NCBI GenBank assembly: GCA_963843145.1
Contig: CAWJJC010000028.1
Coordinates: 224,001 to 288,000, forward strand
Source of the DNA: an uncultured delta proteobacterium
GTDB lineage: Bacteria; Desulfobacterota; RBG-13-43-22
Reading direction: 5' to 3'
DNA: 64,000 nucleotides
The stretch's first letter is position 1; the number at the start of each line of letters is the position of its first letter. The notes beneath the pieces are model-generated. The model did no database searches, was not told the origin of the DNA, and saw nothing but the letters and a program-made list of their open reading frames with translations. A program made the translations under genes and the position numbers. Positions 18,938 through 27,339 of this stretch are shown here, one piece after another.

Positions 18938-20662
18938 TCAGGGGACGATCAAGGCCAGTAGCCCGGAGAGAATAAAAGTGAATTCCACCAGGGCCTCAAA
19001 ATAAATCCCTCCGGGTAAGGCGTATTTTTTCTCAAAAAGAATCAGGAATAAAAAGAGGTAGGCCGCGGGAAGGAGGAGCCAGAGCCCGAAACCGGGGATC
19101 CGTCCCATCAGGGTGAGCAGAATTAGCAGGGATAAGGTGACGGCGCCCAACCCTTCCAGCAATTTTAAGGTTTTCTTCTCTCCGATCAGGATCGGCAGGG
19201 TTTCCTTGCCCACAATTAAGTCCCCCTGGATATCGAGGATATCAAAAAGGCCGGAGCGAACATAGACCAGGCTGCAGATGATAAACAAAATAAAGAAGAT
19301 ATTCGGATCGGTCCAGGTTTTTTCGGCCAGGACCGGGATCAGGGTGGTGACCCCGCCCCAGCCTAAAGCCACGGACAAGGATTTGGAGGCGGGGATGTCC
19401 TTGATTTTTTTTAATCCGGAAAAATGCCCCCGGGTGGGGAGGATGCGAAAACTGTAAAGGATTCCTAAAATAGTCATGGCCGAAAGGAGCGTAAAAGGGA
19501 GCCAGCCCAAACGCCAGGTAAAAAACAGCGAGAGGACGGCCGCGCCGACACCGGTGGTCATGAAAAGTCCTCGATGCCGCTGGTAGAGGAGAGAGCGATC
19601 CGGGTCGTTGTATTCGGCCGCTTCGGTATCCAGGAGGTGATTCAGGATGTGCAGGGCATAGATATGGAGAAAGGTGATGCTAAAATAGAGGCCGCTCAAG
19701 GGCATCTGCCGGAGCCGGGAAGAGGCCAGGCTTAAGCCGGCGGCTCCCAGGGCCACCAGCAGGTTGCCCTTTAGAAGGATCCGGACCAGGTTGAAAAGGA
19801 TGGCCCGTAAGGGGGAAACGCTTTGGCTGCGGATGGATTCCACTTCCTGGACTACTTTTCGGATCATCCAATTGGGCGTCGAAGCCCCGGCCGTGACCCC
19901 GATGGTTTTCATCCGGCTTAATCTTTCGCGGTCCACTTGCTGTTCCGATTCCACCTGGTCGCAGGAGGTGCCGACCGAGCGGGCGATTCCTACCAGACGC
20001 CGGGTATTCCCGCTGTTAAACCCTCCGACCACCACCAGGCCGTCCACCTCCCGGGCCAACTGCCGGACCTCTCGCTGGCGTTCATGGGTGGCGTTACAGA
20101 TAGTATTGAAGACCTTCAGGTCGGGATAGCGGCGTGCTAAGGCCTCAACCACCTGCTGAAAGAGGGTTTCGTCCTGGGTGGTCTGGGCTACTACGATCAC
20201 CCGGTCTAAAGGGGGCAGTTGCTCCAGTTGCCGGAGATCGGAAATGACGATCCCTTTATCTTCAGAGTAACCCAGAAGCCCGATGACTTCGGGATGATCC
20301 TGATCCCCGACGATAATGGGGGTGTAGCCCTCCTCGGCGTAGCGTTTGATAATGGCCTGGACTTTGATGACCCGAGGGCAGGTGGCGTCGATGACCCGGA
20401 AGCCGGCCTGTTCGAGTTTTTCAAATTCCTGAGGCGGAACGCCGTGGGCCCGGATGATCACCGTCCCCGGTTTTTCAACGGAAGGGTCGCCCAGAACCGT
20501 AATCCCTTTTTTCTCCAGCATGCGCAGGACCTGGGGATTGTGGATCAGGGGGCCGTGGGTGTAAATAGGATCCTGGTGGCGGTGGGCGGCCTCCAGGACG
20601 ATTTCCATGGCCCGTCGCACCCCCATGCAGAACCCGGCGGTTTTAGCTAAGCGGACTTTCAA
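18938..20662 (-). CDS. ispH: 4-hydroxy-3-methylbut-2-enyl diphosphate reductase fused to a UbiA-like prenyltransferase membrane domain
   Basis: GFCMGVRRA, IHNP, RAHG, DATCP, QTT, TICNAT, GVTAGASTP; C-terminal TM domain with NHLLD and DILDIQGD motifs. Confidence 0.9.
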   Translation of the reverse strand: MKVRLAKTAGFCMGVRRAMEIVLEAAHRHQDPIYTHGPLIHNPQVLRMLEKKGITVLGDPSVEKPGTVIIRAHGVPPQEFEKLEQAGFRVIDATCPRVIKVQAIIKRYAEEGYTPIIVGDQDHPEVIGLLGYSEDKGIVISDLRQLEQLPPLDRVIVVAQTTQDETLFQQVVEALARRYPDLKVFNTICNATHERQREVRQLAREVDGLVVVGGFNSGNTRRLVGIARSVGTSCDQVESEQQVDRERLSRMKTIGVTAGASTPNWMIRKVVQEVESIRSQSVSPLRAILFNLVRILLKGNLLVALGAAGLSLASSRLRQMPLSGLYFSITFLHIYALHILNHLLDTEAAEYNDPDRSLLYQRHRGLFMTTGVGAAVLSLFFTWRLGWLPFTLLSAMTILGILYSFRILPTRGHFSGLKKIKDIPASKSLSVALGWGGVTTLIPVLAEKTWTDPNIFFILFIICSLVYVRSGLFDILDIQGDLIVGKETLPILIGEKKTLKLLEGLGAVTLSLLILLTLMGRIPGFGLWLLLPAAYLFLFLILFEKKYALPGGIYFEALVEFTFILSGLLALIVP

Positions 20663-21635
20663 AGGGGACGATCCCTTCTAATTCGACGAAGTACAGGTTA
20701 AAAAGTTCCTGCAATGTTTCCTGCGTCCGGGCCAAACCCACCTGTTGCCGGAATTGGCCGCTCCCCGGAAGGCCCCGGGTGAGCACGAACAAGGCGCGCC
20801 TCAAGGCCTTGATCTGTGCGTTTCCCTGATAATGATCCAGGATCCAGCGGCGGTATTCGTCGACCAGATCTCTCCGGGCTTTGAGGTCGGGGTCGACCAC
20901 CGGAAGACCCGCCTTCAGGGCCTCGATCTGCCTGAAAATCCAGGGGGCCCGGAGGGCCTGGCGACCGATCATGACCCCGTCGCAGCCGGTCTCCTTAATG
21001 AAGGTCAGGGCCTGAGCGGCGTTTAGGATATCCCCGTTGCCGATCACCGGAATGGTGAGCCTTTTTTTAAATTCGCCCACCAGCGCCCAGTCAGCTTGTC
21101 CGGTGAAACCTTGCACCGCCCAGCGGGGGTGCAAAGCCACAGCGGCAAAACCGCAATCCTCGGCCATTTGGGCCACGAGCATTCCGGTCGGTTCTTCCGG
21201 GCGCCAACCCGGTCGGAGCTTGACGGTTAGGGGGAGGGTGGTGGCTTGCCGGACGGCCTTGAAAATAGCTTGCGCCCGGGAAGGGTCTTTCAGCAGGGCC
21301 GAGCCCGCCCCGGTCTTAACCACTTTTTTTACCGGACAGCCCAGGTTGAGGTCGATGATATCCGCCCCCCAGTCCTCCAGGTAGGCGGCCGCCCGGGCCA
21401 AGGCCTCGGGACGTCCGCCGAAGAGCTGGACGGTCAAGGGATGATCCGCCGGATCTCTTTCGAGCAGTTCCAGGGTCAGGGACTTTTGTCGAAAAAGTCC
21501 TTCGGCGCTGATCATCTCCGTATAGGCCAGCCCGCAGCCCAAGCGCCGGGCCAACAGCCGAAAAGGCAGGTCCGTATAGCCGGCCAGGGGAGCCAGGATA
21601 TAAGGGAGAATGATGGAGTGTTTGCCTATGAACAT
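20643..21635 (-). CDS. dusB: tRNA-dihydrouridine synthase
   Basis: LAPLAGYTD, TEMIS, IDLNLGCPVKKV...GAGSALL, VIGNGDI, GVMIGR. Confidence 0.92.
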   Translation of the reverse strand: MFIGKHSIILPYILAPLAGYTDLPFRLLARRLGCGLAYTEMISAEGLFRQKSLTLELLERDPADHPLTVQLFGGRPEALARAAAYLEDWGADIIDLNLGCPVKKVVKTGAGSALLKDPSRAQAIFKAVRQATTLPLTVKLRPGWRPEEPTGMLVAQMAEDCGFAAVALHPRWAVQGFTGQADWALVGEFKKRLTIPVIGNGDILNAAQALTFIKETGCDGVMIGRQALRAPWIFRQIEALKAGLPVVDPDLKARRDLVDEYRRWILDHYQGNAQIKALRRALFVLTRGLPGSGQFRQQVGLARTQETLQELFNLYFVELEGIVPFESPLS

Positions 21636-21669
21636 GGGGAAATAGATTTGGGGGAAAATCGATCATTTT

Positions 21670-21726
21670 CCCGATAAGCAGGTAACGGACCTGGTATTGG
21701 TTAAACAGACGGATCAGTCCGTCCAC
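21670..21726 (-). pseudogene. 5' stub of a nucleotidyltransferase-like gene
   Basis: VDGLIRLFNQYQVRYLLIG resembles the N-terminus of small NTase-fold proteins (...VRYLLIGG) and stops abruptly before dusB. Confidence 0.5.
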
Positions 21727-21907
21727 TTGAACCACCCATCCGGGCAATTTCCAGAAGGTACTGTCGCTTCCATTCATTCATCTCCTGGTAGGAGTTGAAT
21801 TTTTTTGCACTGAAAGGCGGCCAGGCCGTCGGTTTGGGAAGTTTCGTAACCCTTGGATGCAAAGCCCAATATCTTATTTTTGCTTCATAATCATCGGTGG
21901 TTTTCAA
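21701..21907 (-). CDS. Small hypothetical protein, probable partner of the truncated NTase
   Basis: 68 aa with SD GGAG and a KKFNSYQEMNEWK segment; overlaps the NTase stub. Confidence 0.55.
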   Translation of the reverse strand: MKTTDDYEAKIRYWALHPRVTKLPKPTAWPPFSAKKFNSYQEMNEWKRQYLLEIARMGGSSGRTDPSV

Positions 21908-22053
21908 AAATCAGCCCCAACCCTCTCCAGGAAATTGAAAACGTAGGGTGGATTAACCGAAGCGGATCCACTATCCTTTATCTTAATACATTTTCCTGAG
22001 AAAAATAACAGCAAAAACAGACAGGAAGATCCTGATCTTGACAGCCAGTTTGC

Positions 22054-22082
22054 TTGACTTGACCGGTCCGGAAGTTTATAAT
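22054..22082 (+). promoter_or_regulatory. Sigma70 promoter of selC
   Basis: TTGACT-N17-TATAAT ending 10 nt before the tRNA. Confidence 0.75.
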
Positions 22083-22092
22083 CCCTTTCTAC

Positions 22093-22189
22093 GGAAGTGG
22101 AAAGCTCACTGGTGGGGCTCCCGGACTTCAAATCCGGTGTGCCGTCTGAGAGGGCGGCAGGTGGGTTCGATTCCCATGCACTTCCGCCA
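22093..22189 (+). tRNA. selC: tRNA-Sec (anticodon UCA)
   Basis: GGAAGTG/CACTTCC acceptor stem, CCGGA-CTTCAAA-TCCGG anticodon arm, long variable arm TGCCGTC/GGCGGCA, GGTTCGATTCC T arm, encoded CCA; 97 nt. Confidence 0.95.
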
Positions 22190-22227
22190 GTTTATTCACG
22201 GCAGGATTTGAAGGCGGAGGAATAGGC

Positions 22228-22487
22228 ATGCCCGTTGAATCGAGCGCTCTGTTTTTTAATGTGCTGATAAAAAAAGAGGAAGACTGCTACCTGGCCCCTT
22301 GCCTGGAATTGGACCTCGTAACCACCGCCCCCACGAAAGAGTAGGTGCGGGAAGATATTCCGACGTGATTGCCTGCCAGGTGGACTACGCTTTCGCTCAC
22401 GACAATCTGGATTATCTCTATCACCCGGCCCCGCCGGCGGTGTGGGCGGAATTCTTTTCCTGCCGCGGTCAGTCCGACGAAATCTGA
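22228..22487 (+). pseudogene. HicB-like antitoxin pseudogene
   Basis: MPVESSALFFNVLIKKEEDCYLAPCLELDLVTTAPTKE, internal TAG, frameshift, then DVIACQVDYAFAHDNLDYLYHPAPPAVWAEF. Confidence 0.65.
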
Positions 22488-22627
22488 CGTCCTTCCGAAC
22501 CCCCCGAACGAGCCGTCCCGATCTGGATCATCGCCAAAACCTTTCAGGCCGTTGAAGGTACCCTGTGGCAAAAAGATTACTTTGTTGAAAATTTAGACTA
22601 ATAATCCTTGTTTATCCATGTGGGGTT

Positions 22628-22655
22628 AACCAATATAATAGATTTTATATTGGTG
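22628..22655. other. Perfect 10-6-10 palindrome; dif-like recombination site or operator
   Basis: ACCAATATAA-TAGATT-TTATATTGGT at 22629-22654. Confidence 0.45.
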
Positions 22656-22749
22656 GTTCACTTTTTGATCCGACAACGGGTGAAACCGACGGGTTAGGAA
22701 TTCTGGCAGGAAATTTTGATCTGTCTGGTCGGACTTGAGATTTATTAGG

Positions 22750-23700
22750 ATGCCTATAATAAGAAAAATTCTGGTTATTAGCACTGCCCTGATGGCTACG
22801 GTCATCATTGGGTTTCTGATTTGGATGAATTTCGCGCCCCAAAAAATGGTTGCAGAGACTATCATTCAATTCCAGCGTACCCGGGCAGGCCTCAAGGCCA
22901 AAGCGATAGAGATTCCGGGATTCCGTGTCGCCTACCTTGAAGGCGGCTTCGGCGATCCCTTAATACTTATTCACGGCAGCGGTGAAGATAAGGACAACTG
23001 GATAGAGGTGTCGAAATATTTAACAAGACACTACCGTGTGATCGCCCCAGACCTGCCCGGCTTTGGTGAGAGCGATAAACCGGCAGGACGTTCTTACGCG
23101 GCGCTGGTCCAAGTGGAGAACGTAAAGGCCTTTGCTCGTGCCTTGGGCCTTAAATCTTTCCATCTCGGAGGCCATTCGCTTGGCGGTAAAATTTCAGCCA
23201 TTTATGCCGCCAAAAACCCTTCCGAAGTAAAGAGCCTCTGGCTGCTGGCTCCGGCCGGGGTGTACTCCTCACAACCGAGCGAGATGCAACAACTTATAAA
23301 CCAGGGAACCAGGATTCCGATTTCCGGCCGGACCTTGAAGGCGTTCGATCAACTGTCTACTTTTGTTATGAAAAAACCTCCTTACCTGCCCCGGCCGGTC
23401 AAAGAACTCCTGATCGAACGCGCTATACTCGATTATGAATTGCATAATAAGATATATGAAGAAATTCATGACGAAGCCTTCGCTCTGGAGGACATCGCCG
23501 AGGAAATAACCATGCCAACCCATATCGTCTGGGGGATTCAAGACCGAATACTCCATCACTCCGGCGCCGATATCCTGGATAGCTTATTGCCGAAATCTTC
23601 CGTATTGATCCTGAAGGGAGTCGGACACGTTCCCATGATTGAGGAGCCCAAACGAGTGGCCGAAGATTATATCGCCTTTAGACAATCGGCTTTAAACTGA
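22750..23700 (+). CDS. Alpha/beta hydrolase (lipase/esterase) with N-terminal membrane anchor
   Basis: LIHG, PDLPGFGES, nucleophile GHSLG, WGIQD, GHVPMIE. Confidence 0.9.
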   Translation: MPIIRKILVISTALMATVIIGFLIWMNFAPQKMVAETIIQFQRTRAGLKAKAIEIPGFRVAYLEGGFGDPLILIHGSGEDKDNWIEVSKYLTRHYRVIAPDLPGFGESDKPAGRSYAALVQVENVKAFARALGLKSFHLGGHSLGGKISAIYAAKNPSEVKSLWLLAPAGVYSSQPSEMQQLINQGTRIPISGRTLKAFDQLSTFVMKKPPYLPRPVKELLIERAILDYELHNKIYEEIHDEAFALEDIAEEITMPTHIVWGIQDRILHHSGADILDSLLPKSSVLILKGVGHVPMIEEPKRVAEDYIAFRQSALN

Positions 23701-23879
23701 TTGCCTCGCCCTCTTTTTCAAATGCCAGGAAGGAAACAAGAGGGCCTCAGGATGAACAGACTTCAGCCGGGGGCAGAATTGACCGGCCGGGCTAAACGGA
23801 GTTGATTATAACTGAGCTTTATGAGACGATGCCCGTTAATGAGGGTTTCATTACTGTTAATACCAGGTTTGTCGAAACC

Positions 23880-24410
23880 ATGTTTTTCTCCCGTAATACT
23901 GTTTCGCTCTTTTCCTTCCTATTTTTTACCCTGATTCTCGCCCCTCCAGCTTTTGCGAAAGGCGGATCACCCGATCTCCTGGCGGCGAAGGGGAACTCCC
24001 TGGGTCCAGTAGGGCATTCTAACCCGGAAGGCCGGCTCATTTCATTGATAAATCACACCAGAACCAAAATGGGATTGCGGCCCTTGAAGCCTTCCCGACT
24101 TCTGGGGGAAGTGGCTCGGGCCCATAGCCACGACATGAGCGTGAGAAATTTTTTCTCCCACGACAGTCCGGACGGACGGGGTCCAAAGGAGCGATTGGAA
24201 AGGGCGGGATTTTCCTGGAGGGCCTATGGGGAGAATATCGGCTGCGGGCAGGATACCGCGGAGGAAATCCTGCGCACCTGGATGGACAGTTCCTCTCACC
24301 GGGAAAACCTACTGGATCCGGCTTATACGGAAGTCGGCGTTGGCCTGGTCCGGGGCGGCAAATGCTGGACCTACTGGACGGCCTTATTCGCCCGCCCCCG
24401 GGGTCGCTAA
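23880..24410 (+). CDS. Secreted CAP (SCP) domain protein
   Basis: ARAHSHDM...FFSH, GENI, WMDSSSHRENLL; signal peptide. Confidence 0.88.
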   Translation: MFFSRNTVSLFSFLFFTLILAPPAFAKGGSPDLLAAKGNSLGPVGHSNPEGRLISLINHTRTKMGLRPLKPSRLLGEVARAHSHDMSVRNFFSHDSPDGRGPKERLERAGFSWRAYGENIGCGQDTAEEILRTWMDSSSHRENLLDPAYTEVGVGLVRGGKCWTYWTALFARPRGR

Positions 24411-24417
24411 GGGTCTT

Positions 24418-25812
24418 TTAAATCGATTTTTCCTTTAGGATGAGAGGCAAAAGGAAAAAGTTCAGCCCCGTCCCCCCGGTGAATACGTAGGCCTCGCCCC
24501 GGTCGGCCTCACGGCCATCGGCTCCGACCAGAACCGTGTCGCTGCTGATGGCTACCGAAAATCCAAACCTGTCACTGGTGGCTCCGGCGAAGTCGCTCAA
24601 GGCGCTCGTCTGGCCCCGTGTCCCGCTCCAGCCCAAGATGGGCCTGACAAACACGAAGGCCGATCCCTGGTCGGCATTGAGGCCGACGGCGGAGTGGGGA
24701 GCCCCGACCAGGGCGATGTCGCTGCGGATGGCTACCGAAGACCCGAAACCGATCCCAGCGGCACCGCCGAAGGCGGTCAAAATGGCGGTCTGGGATCGGG
24801 CGCCGCTCCACCCGTCCACCGGCCTGGCAAAGACATAGGCCAGGCCCTGACCGGCATTGAGGCCGAGGGCGGAATCAGGTGCTCCGACCAAGGCGGTGTC
24901 GCCGCTGATGGCCACCGAAGAGCCGAAATGATCGCCGGCTCCGCCCCCGAAAGCGCTCAATTCCGCGGTCTGAGACCGGGTGCCATTCCACCCGGCCAGC
25001 GGTCTGGAAAAGACATAGGCCAGGCCCTGGCCGGCATTGAGGCCGACGGCGGAATCAGGTGCTCCCACCAGGGCGGTGTCGCCGCTAATGGCCGCCGAAG
25101 AGCCGAAATGATCTCCGGTGCCGCCGCCGAAAGCGCTTAATTCCGCGGTCTGAGGCCGGGTGCCATTCCACCCGGCCAGCGGCTTGACAAAGACGTAGGC
25201 CAGGCCCTGGTCGGCATTGAGGCCGACGGCGGCATTGGGCGCCCCGACCAGGATGGAATCGCCGTCAATGGCCACCGAAGAGCCAAAGCCGTCGCCGGCG
25301 GCGCCGTCGGAGGCAACCAGTGCGGCGGTCTGGGTTCGGGTGCCGCTCCATCCGGTAATCGGCTTGGTAAAGACATAGGCCAGGCCCTGGCCGGCATTGG
25401 TGCCGAGGATGGCTTTAGGCGCCCCGACCACGATGGTATCGCCGTTAATGGCTACCGAAGAGCCGAAGCCGTCGCCGGCGGCGCTGCCGGAGGCAATCAG
25501 GGTGGCGGACTGAGTTCGGGTGCCGCTCCACCCGGCCGGAGGCCTGACATAGACGTAAGCCCTGCCCGGCGAGGCCGCCCCGACCACGATGGTATCTCCG
25601 CTGACGGCAACTGACCGGCCGAAATGGTCGCTGGCGACCCCGCCGGAGGCGGTCAGTTTGGCGGCTTGGGTCCAGGGGACCGGCGACAAAGCGGCGCCTG
25701 CGCTGGGTCCGCTGCCCTGGGCCGTCCCGGCGGCCCAGGGAGAAAAAACGGAGGCCGTCATAAACAACGTCATGAACAAGAAGAAAAGGCTCAAGCCCCA
25801 TGCTTTTCTCAT
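24418..25812 (-). CDS. Secreted FG-GAP repeat (beta-propeller) protein with C-terminal LPLILK motif
   Basis: Seven FGxSVAI.GDT..VGA repeats, most spaced 180 nt apart in the DNA; signal peptide; ends NFFLLPLILKEKSI. Confidence 0.88.
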   Translation of the reverse strand: MRKAWGLSLFFLFMTLFMTASVFSPWAAGTAQGSGPSAGAALSPVPWTQAAKLTASGGVASDHFGRSVAVSGDTIVVGAASPGRAYVYVRPPAGWSGTRTQSATLIASGSAAGDGFGSSVAINGDTIVVGAPKAILGTNAGQGLAYVFTKPITGWSGTRTQTAALVASDGAAGDGFGSSVAIDGDSILVGAPNAAVGLNADQGLAYVFVKPLAGWNGTRPQTAELSAFGGGTGDHFGSSAAISGDTALVGAPDSAVGLNAGQGLAYVFSRPLAGWNGTRSQTAELSAFGGGAGDHFGSSVAISGDTALVGAPDSALGLNAGQGLAYVFARPVDGWSGARSQTAILTAFGGAAGIGFGSSVAIRSDIALVGAPHSAVGLNADQGSAFVFVRPILGWSGTRGQTSALSDFAGATSDRFGFSVAISSDTVLVGADGREADRGEAYVFTGGTGLNFFLLPLILKEKSI

Positions 25813-25956
25813 CCGGTCTCCTTAACGCCAGGTTGAAATGACCTGTTCGCTCCCCGCCCAGGGAGCGTTCAGAAAATAGTATATTGCTTCATACCTTTTT
25901 GGGCGGGGAAACCCCAACCCAAAAAAATCGGGAAAAATATTTTCCCGATGGCCAGG

Positions 25957-27324
25957 TTATTTTTTCATCGCGCCTCGGATCCGCTCTTTCAACCGGTCCT
26001 GGATACGCAGGAAGGCGTCCACCACATCCGGGTGGAACTGGGCGCCTCGTTCCCGGGCGATGATTTTCACCGCTTCGGCATGAGGGCGTTCGGTCTGGTA
26101 GCAGCGGTCCGAGGTCAGGGCGTCGTAGGTGTCGGCTACCGCCACGATGAGGGCCGATAAAGGAATTTCCTCCCCCTTTAAGCCATGGGGGTAGCCGCCG
26201 CCGTCGTAGCGTTCATGATGGAAGAGGGCGATTTCCCGGCCCATGGCGATGAAGCTGGCCTGCCCCAGCTTTTCATCCATATCGCGCAGCGCCTCTCCCC
26301 CGATAGAGGTGTGGCGTTTGATGGCCTCGTATTCCTCGGCGGTGAGCGGGCCCGGTTTGAGGAGGATGGCGTCCGGAATCGCCACTTTGCCCAGGTCGTG
26401 CAGGCTGCAGGAGTCGGTCAGGTTGTCCACAAATCCGGCGTCAATCCGGCCTTGGTATCTCTGGTCCCGCCCCAGTTCCAGGGCGATTTCCCGGCAGAGG
26501 GTGCGGATTCGATCCAGATGCTCGCCGGTATATTTATCCCTGGAGTCGGCCAGTTTGGCCAGTCCGAATATCGTCGCCTGCTGGGTCTTCAACTGAACCT
26601 CCTGCTGTTCCTCCAACTGTTTGACCTTTCGGACCAGGGCCTGCTGTTTCTTATCCACCAGGACTTCCAGAGAACTGGAGTGCTCCCGTAGCATGGCCTG
26701 CACCCCTTCCAGGTCCACCCGCAGCAGATACTCTTTCCAACGGAGGCGCATATTGGTATGGGCGCCCACGTAGGCGATGACCAGGGTCGCGACGACGAAA
26801 AGGTTGTTGGCCAGGAAAACAAAGTCATAATGGGGCCAGTTTATAGTCAGCGTCAAGGTCAAATAGATCGCGTAGAGCACCAGGGTGTGCAGCAAGGTGC
26901 GACTGGCCCGGACCGGGAGGAGGAGGCAAAAACCTATGAACACCAGGTTCAACCCGGCATAATAGGGGGTGGATAAGCTGTCCAGGTTCAGGATCATCAT
27001 GATGATGATCCCTCCGACCAGGTAGAAGGCCGTCAATCCCAGGTAAAAACTCTGGTCGCCCCATTCCCGGGAGCGGTTAACGGCCCAGAGGATCAGGCAG
27101 CCGCCGGAGGCAATCATCCGATAGACCAGGAAAGTCCTCCATTGGGCCGGGTAGAGGAAATAATCCAGCAGGGCGAAAAGAGGCACCAGAAAGACTCCCA
27201 GCAAGAGGATGACGTCCACCCGATGACGAAGGAGGGGAGTCAGGTCTTGATAAAAACGCGAAACCTGTTCCGGATTCGTTTCGGTGGTCTTCCAATCTTC
27301 GAAAAAAGATTTGCTGAGTACGAT
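25957..27324 (-). CDS. Membrane-bound HD-GYP (c-di-GMP phosphodiesterase-type) protein with multi-TM sensor domain
   Basis: About six TM helices including YYAGLNLV, a coiled coil, LHDLGK and HHERYDGGGYP. The frame stays open upstream of GTG 27219 to an ATC at 27324 behind SD GAGGAGG; the start is uncertain. Confidence 0.85.
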   Translation of the reverse strand: MVLSKSFFEDWKTTETNPEQVSRFYQDLTPLLRHRVDVILLLGVFLVPLFALLDYFLYPAQWRTFLVYRMIASGGCLILWAVNRSREWGDQSFYLGLTAFYLVGGIIIMMILNLDSLSTPYYAGLNLVFIGFCLLLPVRASRTLLHTLVLYAIYLTLTLTINWPHYDFVFLANNLFVVATLVIAYVGAHTNMRLRWKEYLLRVDLEGVQAMLREHSSSLEVLVDKKQQALVRKVKQLEEQQEVQLKTQQATIFGLAKLADSRDKYTGEHLDRIRTLCREIALELGRDQRYQGRIDAGFVDNLTDSCSLHDLGKVAIPDAILLKPGPLTAEEYEAIKRHTSIGGEALRDMDEKLGQASFIAMGREIALFHHERYDGGGYPHGLKGEEIPLSALIVAVADTYDALTSDRCYQTERPHAEAVKIIARERGAQFHPDVVDAFLRIQDRLKERIRGAMKK

Positions 27325-27339
27325 GGGTTCCTCCTCAGG

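Noticed and set aside
22669-22734. Possible riboswitch upstream of the lipase gene
   Set aside because: Some pairing (CCGAC/GTCGG) but no match to a riboswitch consensus I can recognise.
22750-23700. Lipase as a quorum-quenching esterase for the PhcB-like signal
   Set aside because: It is separated from the pair by two unrelated genes and lies on the opposite strand; nothing in the sequence links them.
24480-25660. Regular 180-nt DNA repeats that could suggest a CRISPR array or VNTR
   Set aside because: They are the in-frame coding repeats of the FG-GAP protein; there are no unique spacers and no cas genes.
22190-25812. Intact integrative element or prophage at selC
   Set aside because: No integrase, phage or conjugation genes and no repeated att site were seen.
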